The notes below the pieces were generated by a model. That model saw nothing but the letters and a program-made list of their open reading frames with translations. It was not told where the DNA came from and made no database searches. This document shows positions 49,641 to 56,110 of a stretch of 64,000 nt of DNA, in pieces. Positions within the stretch are counted from its first letter, which is position 1. Every line of letters begins with the position of its first letter. The position numbers and the translations under genes were made by a program. This stretch comes from a virus, in IMG/VR virus record IMGVR_UViG_3300037042_003932, positions 79,879-143,878 of that record; one strand, 5' to 3'.

Positions 49641-49894
49641 GGGAGCTCTTTTAATAAAGGAACAAACGCAGATGCCGTTCTGTTATGACTCATAAGCATG
49701 TAAATGAATTTGAGATTCGTTACGAGACTACTAAAATCGTACGCTGTCTTCTGCTGAGCCCATACCATTCGTTCTATATTTCTTCTGTACAGCTGAGCAG
49801 AATACCATCGCTGTTGCTCGAATAACTCACCTGACGTACGAATGACAAGCCTGGTGAGCTCGTGATACCTGGTGTACTTATCCATGGTGATCAT
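49637..49894 (-). CDS. Small array paralog
   Basis: FSSLVTNLKFIYMLM; RBS AGGAGG; start trimmed from the track ORF. Confidence 0.6.
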   Translation of the reverse strand: MITMDKYTRYHELTRLVIRTSGELFEQQRWYSAQLYRRNIERMVWAQQKTAYDFSSLVTNLKFIYMLMSHNRTASAFVPLLKELP

Positions 49895-49970
49895 GCTTCC
49901 TCCTGTTGCACGATATGTGAATGCCATTACGCTCTTATACCCAGCCCTACTATTATTTCGGAGGTCACGG

Positions 49971-50606
49971 ATGAACAAAGAAGAACGAAGAGTAGCTATA
50001 AAACTAGAACTCTTAGAGGCTCGAGCCAAACAGCAATATAATCTTCGCATACGCCATAAGGAGGATGTGTTCGGGTGGCAACTACTGAAATGGATTGTGC
50101 TATTCCTAACGTTCTTCCAGATCGATCTGGTCGAGAGAGCCTGGGTAACGATTGGGCGAACAGTGTACGTGCCCAGGCGATATGACCCCAAACAAAGGAA
50201 GGTCTACCGTTATGGAGACATTCCTTTTGAAGACTACTGCACCCTCTCGCATGAGATCGAACATGTCAAACAATACGAGAGGTTTGGAGTCATCCTCTTC
50301 CTCCTAATCTATATCTTCCCGTTCTTTCCAATAGGGCTCGCATATGGCCGATACTATCTGGAAAGGCAAGCATACCTGGCGGGAGTCATCGCGGCGAAGA
50401 GTATCGATTATACTAGGTGGGCTCGGCAGCGCTATCTGAAGACACCGGTTCCTCCACTGGAGAAGGCGATTCAGGCGTGCTCGACGTCTCCGTGGTATCT
50501 GTGGCCATGGCCGTTTCCGAAGTCGGTACGTCTGTGGTTTGGCAGGGCTCTTCTTCGCGAGGAAGAACGATACCGCAATGTTCTTCAATCCTCTCGAGAC
50601 GCGTGA
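49971..50606 (+). CDS. Zincin-type metallopeptidase-like membrane protein (DUF4157-like)
   Basis: WVTIGRTVY, LSHEIEHVKQY, LERQAY; RBS GGAGG. Confidence 0.7.
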   Translation: MNKEERRVAIKLELLEARAKQQYNLRIRHKEDVFGWQLLKWIVLFLTFFQIDLVERAWVTIGRTVYVPRRYDPKQRKVYRYGDIPFEDYCTLSHEIEHVKQYERFGVILFLLIYIFPFFPIGLAYGRYYLERQAYLAGVIAAKSIDYTRWARQRYLKTPVPPLEKAIQACSTSPWYLWPWPFPKSVRLWFGRALLREEERYRNVLQSSRDA

Positions 50607-50766
50607 AGATATTGTCCAAGCACCGCCCGATCTCCTCGACTAGCTTATTCGTGTTTTCCTTGAGCTTCGCGTTGATAACGATGAGCTCTTTGTTCATGTC
50701 CATCAGGTCTTTTTTCATCTCTGGTGCAATTTTAGAGGGAGCACGTACGATTCTTCTTCTAGACAT
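50413..50766 (-). CDS. Coiled-coil protein with disordered acidic Ser/Thr tail
   Basis: RBS AAGGAG; heptads; tail overlaps the antisense peptidase gene. Confidence 0.55.
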   Translation of the reverse strand: MSRRRIVRAPSKIAPEMKKDLMDMNKELIVINAKLKENTNKLVEEIGRCLDNIFTRLERIEEHCGIVLPREEEPCQTTDVPTSETAMATDTTETSSTPESPSPVEEPVSSDSAAEPT

Positions 50767-50779
50767 TTTTTTCTCCTTG

Positions 50780-51007
50780 TCACATTACGCTGTAAATGGT
50801 GCGTAGGTACTTTGCCACGACTCGGAAATCTACTCTACTTATTTCGCTCCTTCCGTGAACCTTATTCAGGTCTTTAGGTTGTAACAGCAGATAGAAGGTC
50901 GCAGTTCGAAGACCTACTCCTTTTGTTAGGTGCTGCATAAGTACTGAGATCACGTACTTATCTCCATACTCATGTGTTCCTGTAATATATATGCTCGGTT
51001 TCAGCAA
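50780..51007 (-). CDS. Small array paralog
   Basis: FRVVAKYLRTIYSVM. Confidence 0.55.
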   Translation of the reverse strand: MLKPSIYITGTHEYGDKYVISVLMQHLTKGVGLRTATFYLLLQPKDLNKVHGRSEISRVDFRVVAKYLRTIYSVM

Positions 51008-51233
51008 CGATATAGCCCATCCTTAACATCTGGCATAGTAAGCCCAGATAGTCAAATACGTCCTTATGGGTCGTGTGGTATGTTGGGATGTACGTGTAGC
51101 ATCTATAAGAAATGAACTTCAGATAATGCGAGAATCTTTTTGCGTTCATCGTCGTGGCTAATACGACAGCTTGGTTGAGGTTTCCTGAGGTTACTAAGTA
51201 AAAATCTTTGTCTTCGAAGATGCTAGTGTCCAT
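50970..51233 (-). CDS. Small array paralog
   Basis: TAATG coupling, RBS GGAGG; LGLLCQMLRMGY. Confidence 0.55.
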   Translation of the reverse strand: MDTSIFEDKDFYLVTSGNLNQAVVLATTMNAKRFSHYLKFISYRCYTYIPTYHTTHKDVFDYLGLLCQMLRMGYIVAETEHIYYRNT

Positions 51234-51418
51234 TAATCCAACCTCCACCAACCAAAGGGTATCTCTGTGATTCCCTTGAGTGCCCTTACTTCTTCATCGC
51301 GCAGCACACATATGCGATGATCTATAGGATATATACCCCATCGATTAAGCCACAACGTGTGGCCCCACCTCTGTCTTCTGCATTTCGTGAGTGACTTGTA
51401 TCTTTCAGCTGCTGGCAT
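51233..51418 (-). CDS. Small Trp/Arg-rich protein, WWRLD family copy 2
   Basis: Y+.LT.CRR.RW...EE..A...P..WWRLD. Confidence 0.6.
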   Translation of the reverse strand: MPAAERYKSLTKCRRQRWGHTLWLNRWGIYPIDHRICVLRDEEVRALKGITEIPFGWWRLD

Positions 51419-51427
51419 GACATCCTT

Positions 51428-51616
51428 TCAATCCAACCTCCACCAGTGTAAAGGTCTCTCGAGTAATGCTTGGGTTGCTTGGGTTTCTTCGATCATCCAA
51501 AGTTTAATAGAGGTGTTTTTATTGACTACGACACGCGACCGTACAACCTTCAACATAAAGTCCCATCTATTTCGGCGACACCAGGTCAACGTCCTATACA
51601 GATCTGCTGCGGTCAT
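51428..51616 (-). CDS. Small Trp/Arg-rich protein, WWRLD family copy 1
   Basis: Paralog of the adjacent ORF; RBS AAAGGA. Confidence 0.6.
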   Translation of the reverse strand: MTAADLYRTLTWCRRNRWDFMLKVVRSRVVVNKNTSIKLWMIEETQATQALLERPLHWWRLD

Positions 51617-51842
51617 GGTGTCCTTTCTCCATACGGTGAATCCCAAAGGCTGTGAGGGCTTTGGCTGTCTCTATGAACCTTTGGTCTTGGCGTTCCGACC
51701 GAAGAGTATCTGTGAGCCTGTTACGGATTAAATCAGCATAGATGTGATAAAAGGTCAGAGCAGCGCAAATCCAACAGTTGGATGCATACGTCATCATGTT
51801 GATGGGGTGTGCGTAAAAGGTAACGTCAAATGGGGTACGCAT
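51594..51842 (-). CDS. Small array paralog
   Basis: WICAALTFYHIYADL; RBS GGAG. Confidence 0.45.
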   Translation of the reverse strand: MRTPFDVTFYAHPINMMTYASNCWICAALTFYHIYADLIRNRLTDTLRSERQDQRFIETAKALTAFGIHRMEKGHHDRSRSV

Positions 51843-52026
51843 TACGAAACTCCATAGCGACTGAGACAAAGTAATAATGGAACATAGTGTGGTTGCGCAC
51901 TTTTCGATGCTCCTCTCCCGCTGCTTCTTCGCGATACATCAGCTTGAACACACCATTTCCCAACCCGACAGACGCTGCAATAAGGCTAGTTAAGCGCATA
52001 CGCTTAATCTCTTCATGGTCATACAC
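51826..52026 (-). CDS. Small array paralog
   Basis: FVSVAMEFRNAY. Confidence 0.5.
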   Translation of the reverse strand: MYDHEEIKRMRLTSLIAASVGLGNGVFKLMYREEAAGEEHRKVRNHTMFHYYFVSVAMEFRNAYPI

Positions 52027-52270
52027 GCCTAAAACTCTCCATAGCGCTGTAGTGACTGCGTAGTTGATTCATCAAGAACTTCGCATGGTTCAGGATGCTG
52101 GTATGATAGAAGTGACTAGGATACATATTCTGATGGTTCCGTGACAGGAGAGAGACATACTTCTCAAAGAAATCCCGTACAAAGCGTACATTCATGTCGT
52201 GTGCGCTTTTACAGTAACGATCACTGCTTATGATTGTTTTGTGGTTGATCACGTACGTCGTGGACAGCAT
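52019..52270 (-). CDS. Small array paralog
   Basis: AKFLMNQLRSHYSAMESFRR; RBS GAGGAGG. Confidence 0.6.
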   Translation of the reverse strand: MLSTTYVINHKTIISSDRYCKSAHDMNVRFVRDFFEKYVSLLSRNHQNMYPSHFYHTSILNHAKFLMNQLRSHYSAMESFRRV

Positions 52271-52493
52271 TCAATACCTCCTCGTATGTGTGAAACAAGA
52301 ACCGAATAGCCGAAGTCAAGTTGTACCCCACTAACCTGTCGTAGAATGCGATGGGTTGGTGAATCTCATAGCCCTTCTCGAAATAGTTATAAAGATTACT
52401 CTGACTTATGGCGTACTTTGTGTACCAGTACGTGTACGCCCCCTTTACGCAATCCAGTATATGCTCTGTGTGAGCTATCGTTTCTCCCGTCAT
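52221..52493 (-). CDS. Small array paralog
   Basis: LTSAIRFLFHTYEEV; ATGA coupling. Confidence 0.55.
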   Translation of the reverse strand: MTGETIAHTEHILDCVKGAYTYWYTKYAISQSNLYNYFEKGYEIHQPIAFYDRLVGYNLTSAIRFLFHTYEEVLNAVHDVRDQPQNNHKQ

Positions 52494-52774
52494 GGCAAGA
52501 GTCCAAAGGTCAGTGTGTTCCTATAGAACGAGCGCAAGAGCCAACACGTTCGGTCAAAAGCTTCGTTGCGTTTCTTGTAAATGAACCTGTGGTTGAGCCG
52601 GGGCATCACACTCCACACATCAAGAAGACCCACACCCAATCGGATTCGACACCTCAGTTCGTGGTCCTCGTCATAGAGTTCGTTCATACGAGATACTGCG
52701 TTGGTGCTATTAACATTATTCAAGGGAACCATCCGACTTATGCGGTGTTCATCTACCGTAGGATGTATTTGCAA
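52490..52774 (-). CDS. Small array paralog
   Basis: FDRTCWLLRSFY. Confidence 0.5.
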   Translation of the reverse strand: MQIHPTVDEHRISRMVPLNNVNSTNAVSRMNELYDEDHELRCRIRLGVGLLDVWSVMPRLNHRFIYKKRNEAFDRTCWLLRSFYRNTLTFGLLP

Positions 52775-53030
52775 AGAAGTTACCCTTCCCTTCTAGGTAC
52801 GTGTAATAACGCCAATGTACCATTACGATGTGTTTGAACCTCTCTCGAGTCAGCTCGTTTGTACCAGTTGCGTAGTTCCAAAAACGAAAACCTCCGCTCA
52901 CAGCTACGCGAAGATAACTGTCGTATTCCATGCGGACAGCTCCATGCAACTGTGAGGTTTTATTCGAGGTTTTCGCCATGAAAGTGACAGCTGCTGTTTC
53001 GTTATAGGGTCGAGGGACAAGCGTGTGCAT
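52749..53030 (-). CDS. Small array paralog
   Basis: FKHIVMVHWRYYTYL; start MHTLVP after AAAGGA. Confidence 0.55.
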   Translation of the reverse strand: MHTLVPRPYNETAAVTFMAKTSNKTSQLHGAVRMEYDSYLRVAVSGGFRFWNYATGTNELTRERFKHIVMVHWRYYTYLEGKGNFFANTSYGR

Positions 53031-53044
53031 ACTCGGTCCTTTCT

Positions 53045-53305
53045 TTACGAGGTAAAGATTGCTAGCTCCCCGGCGTTTATGCGTCGCACGAATTGGGCAT
53101 AACGTATGTCGAAATGCGTATCCCAATAGAAGCGCCGCATATGAATGTTGATAACTCTTGACCAACCTCTCCAAACATTAGAAGGCATAAGATCGTCGGT
53201 GTTGTAAGGATCAGCGGCATAACTAATGAAATAGTTAAATAGGACCTCGCGCTGTTCACGCAATATACGGCTGTCCCGGCACAATTCCGTCAATAAGTTC
53301 ATCAC
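53045..53305 (-). CDS. Small array paralog (DS subfamily)
   Basis: MNLL...CRDSRILR..R..LF; RBS GAGGAG. Confidence 0.6.
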   Translation of the reverse strand: MMNLLTELCRDSRILREQREVLFNYFISYAADPYNTDDLMPSNVWRGWSRVINIHMRRFYWDTHFDIRYAQFVRRINAGELAIFTS

Positions 53306-53517
53306 TCCTCTCTCCTCCTCTTATATGCCTCAACCTCATAAGCATCATGCATATGCTCGGTAACATGCCGCAACTTATTTAAAAGGGTTAAGTAGCGGGG
53401 CGGCATACCCACTGGCCTCAAGGGGTAACGAAGGAGATAGACAAGATGTTGAAATAATACATACCTTAGATCTTGTACTCGTTTACTATCGTCGCATGCG
53501 AGCTTCAAAAAGTTCAT
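53302..53517 (-). CDS. Small array paralog (DS subfamily)
   Basis: MNFL..ACDDS....R..LF..LRHVTEHMHDAY; RBS GAGGAGG. Confidence 0.6.
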   Translation of the reverse strand: MNFLKLACDDSKRVQDLRYVLFQHLVYLLRYPLRPVGMPPRYLTLLNKLRHVTEHMHDAYEVEAYKRRREE

Positions 53518-53740
53518 TACGCCTCCTCACGTTATCTCGCCGCATCAGCGTTTCTATTTCTCTGTAATGTGCCTGCATGCCACACGTGATTTGAAGGAAT
53601 CTTCCTTCGATATACTTATGCGACATGATGGCTGCGCATCGATGGTCGTACTTTGCGTGGTAAAGTAAATTCTCAAACAGCTGCTGTTTCTTGTCTCTCA
53701 GGGTGCAGCTATCCTCATAGATGTATGTTAAAGTGTTCAT
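53486..53740 (-). CDS. Small array paralog (DS subfamily)
   Basis: MNTL...YEDSCTLR....LF..FLQITCGMQAHYREIETL.RR. Confidence 0.6.
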   Translation of the reverse strand: MNTLTYIYEDSCTLRDKKQQLFENLLYHAKYDHRCAAIMSHKYIEGRFLQITCGMQAHYREIETLMRRDNVRRRNELFEARMRR

Positions 53741-53954
53741 AGCTTCTACGCCTACTCAGAGTTTCCATGTGCTCATACGCCGCCTTCAGGTTAGAAACTA
53801 CCATCGCAAATTGATCATCGACGTTGTCCTCGGATAAGAAATATGTGTGAACCGGTGATCCTTCTGAAGAACGAATGAAGTTCTCAAATCTCGTGGCGTT
53901 CTGGGTGTACAACAAGACACAGGCGTTGTGGGCGTATACCAAGAAAATGCTCAT
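53715..53954 (-). CDS. Small array paralog, recent duplicate B
   Basis: FAMVVSNLKAAYEHMETLSRRR; RBS AAGGAG. Confidence 0.7.
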   Translation of the reverse strand: MSIFLVYAHNACVLLYTQNATRFENFIRSSEGSPVHTYFLSEDNVDDQFAMVVSNLKAAYEHMETLSRRRSYEHFNIHL

Positions 53955-53967
53955 ACAATCTCGCTCC

Positions 53968-54192
53968 TTAATGTTTATAGTTTCTACGCCTACTCAGAGT
54001 TTCCATGTGCACATACGCCGCCTTCAGGTTAGAAACTACCAGTGCAAATCGGTCTTCACATGCTTCATACGATAAGAAGTACACGTGAACAGACGAGCCT
54101 TTTGCACAAAGGATAAAGTTTCTAAAGCGCGTAGCGTTGTGCCCCGTGTACGAGACACAAGAGTTATGAGCGTATATCATGAAAATGCTCAT
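53968..54192 (-). CDS. Small array paralog, recent duplicate A
   Basis: FALVVSNLKAAYVHMETLSRRR; RBS AAAGGAG. Confidence 0.7.
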   Translation of the reverse strand: MSIFMIYAHNSCVSYTGHNATRFRNFILCAKGSSVHVYFLSYEACEDRFALVVSNLKAAYVHMETLSRRRNYKH

Positions 54193-54455
54193 GCAGACTC
54201 GCTCCTTTCTGTGCTCATATATGTGTAGGCATCTTCAAGATCTTGAAACACACACTGGTAATATTCCAATTGGAAAGAACTAGACGCAAGAGATACGCGG
54301 GTAGATTGGGGTCTACGGGAATACGAACAGATGACAGCGAACTTCAACTTCATTTGTGCCCGAATGCGTCGGCTATCGTATACCGCAGCTCCCAAAGATT
54401 GTTCAAGCTCTTGAAAATCTCTTAACTTCTCTCGTGTATGCGACGAAATAGTCAT
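54189..54455 (-). CDS. Small array paralog (DS subfamily)
   Basis: YDSRRIR....KF..YQCVFQDLEDAYTYM; start MTISSH after AGGAG. Confidence 0.6.
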   Translation of the reverse strand: MTISSHTREKLRDFQELEQSLGAAVYDSRRIRAQMKLKFAVICSYSRRPQSTRVSLASSSFQLEYYQCVFQDLEDAYTYMSTERSESA

Positions 54456-54663
54456 ATGCACTCTCCTGATCTGCCACAGCGCAGCTAAACCAATAGGCAA
54501 GATGGTTGGTGACTATCTGAATCTCATACGCCTTGGGGGCGTTGGGAATCCTCATAACATACCGAATGCCTTCAAATGACTGAGCCACTGACGTCGTGGC
54601 TTGTCGCACAGACAATACGCCACGTAACGCGGTCGTGTCGTCCCTGGGTATGAAATAACCCAT
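54403..54663 (-). CDS. Small array paralog
   Basis: FSCAVADQESAYDYF; RBS AGGAGG. Confidence 0.6.
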   Translation of the reverse strand: MGYFIPRDDTTALRGVLSVRQATTSVAQSFEGIRYVMRIPNAPKAYEIQIVTNHLAYWFSCAVADQESAYDYFVAYTREVKRFSRA

Positions 54664-54687
54664 GACGTCCTCCTCTCTGTTGGGGAT

Positions 54688-55050
54688 TTACGGTATGAGG
54701 CCGTTATCGCGAAGGAACTGCTCAGCCTTCTCCCCTGCAATCATGGGGGTCTCTGCGTCCTTCTCAATCTTTTGCCTCTTGGCTTTTTGCCACTCACCCT
54801 GCGCAATGACAAAGAAGGAACCGTAGTTCCTGTGAGCGAACCCTAGGTTTGCGATGGCCTTGTCGAACTCGCCGCTGGACATGTACTTGTCTACCAGTGC
54901 GACCTCGAGCTCGATCTTGTTCTTGAAGCCCGACAGCAACTGGAATAGCTCCGTGTTGTCCTCAATGATAGGGACGATCTCGTCCCAACGCTTCTGGATC
55001 AGTCCCTTGAGCTCTTGCGCGTTCTCTTTGATATCGTTGTGTAGTCCCAT
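54688..55050 (-). CDS. Helical hypothetical protein
   Basis: 120 aa; RBS AGGAGG; TGATG coupling. Confidence 0.65.
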   Translation of the reverse strand: MGLHNDIKENAQELKGLIQKRWDEIVPIIEDNTELFQLLSGFKNKIELEVALVDKYMSSGEFDKAIANLGFAHRNYGSFFVIAQGEWQKAKRQKIEKDAETPMIAGEKAEQFLRDNGLIP

Positions 55051-55322
55051 CAGTCCCTCCTAATTGTTCTTTGGTCTTCCAACCGTTCCACCTTCTCTGA
55101 TAACACACCCCACGTTACGATGGCCACAAGGGAAGCCAGCGAGAACGTAGTGACCCAGGGAAGCACGATGAGCGATAATACCACCGTCGCTAGGGTCAGA
55201 CACGTACAGAACATCTTTCTAGTTTTCCGAGCCTTATAGAGTTCTAACTCGATGTGCGTCACGGTCCCTCCTTTGATAGATTGTCTTCTTTGAACTCTTC
55301 TACCAAAAAAAGGAAGTTTCAT
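55050..55322 (-). CDS. Two-TM membrane protein
   Basis: Basic N-terminus followed by two hydrophobic segments. Confidence 0.6.
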   Translation of the reverse strand: MKLPFFGRRVQRRQSIKGGTVTHIELELYKARKTRKMFCTCLTLATVVLSLIVLPWVTTFSLASLVAIVTWGVLSEKVERLEDQRTIRRD

Positions 55323-55326
55323 CTGT

Positions 55327-55740
55327 TCAGGGTTTGGGGAATAGTGGGCTCTCCACGTAGTCCTTAGTGTCCGAGATGTCTGGGTAGAGCGGGACCATCT
55401 TGAGGGGGATGGAAGCCTTGAAGTCCTTGGAGTCCTCGACGAAACTCTCCAAGCACTCTTCGAATTTTGCGTTCACAAACTCACGCTTGGAGTTAATGAT
55501 CTTGGTCGTGACATTCCCATCGTCATCAACAGACACGAAGTGAATGGCACCGTTACCGACATGGATCTCTGGTTGTTCAACGTAAGTGAAAACCACAGAC
55601 GTCATGGCTGTCGTATCCGCCGTGAGCATCCTGTCGGTGTTGTAGCTGAAACGGGCGATGCGTCCAGATTGGACCTTACTCTTCAGAGAATCCAATTCCG
55701 CACAGATCATTTCCTTCGCCTTCTCGGTCATCTCCATCAT
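55327..55740 (-). CDS. Hypothetical protein
   Basis: Start MMEMTE after AAGGAG. Confidence 0.6.
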   Translation of the reverse strand: MMEMTEKAKEMICAELDSLKSKVQSGRIARFSYNTDRMLTADTTAMTSVVFTYVEQPEIHVGNGAIHFVSVDDDGNVTTKIINSKREFVNAKFEECLESFVEDSKDFKASIPLKMVPLYPDISDTKDYVESPLFPKP

Positions 55741-55951
55741 CCTGCTCCTTCTCCAACGTAGAGTTGATAGCGTCAAACACAGCGTTTACGTAACTGTTAT
55801 TAGCGTATCTTATGGGTTGGAAAAGTAAAGGAGCAGGCAACATACAATCCCCCTGCCATAACATCTGGTTGTTAAAGCAAATCATAGGGATTACGTAAAC
55901 TCGCTCGACGGCGGAATGACCAAGCCCTGAGCCAAAGGATGACCTTCGCAT
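55676..55951 (-). CDS. Hypothetical protein
   Basis: 91 aa; first ORF after the putative promoter. Confidence 0.35.
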   Translation of the reverse strand: MRRSSFGSGLGHSAVERVYVIPMICFNNQMLWQGDCMLPAPLLFQPIRYANNSYVNAVFDAINSTLEKEQDDGDDREGEGNDLCGIGFSEE

Positions 55952-56060
55952 ACCTAAGCCTAGTACCCTTCAAAAATGAAGACAACAGACCACTCCCTGG
56001 CATTAAAACTTTTGGTGGTGCTCTGAGGTTGCCAGGGTTGGCCCGAGGTGTGACTTTTTC

Positions 56061-56088
56061 AGTATAGGGATTCTTGAGTACGAAGCAA
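56061..56088 (-). promoter_or_regulatory. Putative sigma70-type promoter for the accessory/array operon
   Basis: TTGCTT-N16-TATACT on the minus strand, intergenic. Confidence 0.45.
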
Positions 56089-56110
56089 CAGTATTTTACA
56101 GCGGAAAATT

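Larger units (their letters stand above)
53715..54205. repeat. Tandem gene duplication with 238-bp period
   Basis: Start codons at 53954 and 54192; 60-nt block with a single mismatch. Confidence 0.85.

Noticed and set aside
53715-54205. Diversity-generating retroelement TR/VR pair
   Set aside because: Differences between the copies involve all four bases and many synonymous sites rather than adenines only; both copies are intact genes; no reverse transcriptase in the window
47885-54663. Stop-codon recoding, or one shattered pseudogene, as the explanation for the many short ORFs
   Set aside because: The ORFs lie in different frames, mostly have their own RBS or ATGA/TAATG coupling, and each repeats the same terminal motif; long genes elsewhere end in TAA, TAG and TGA
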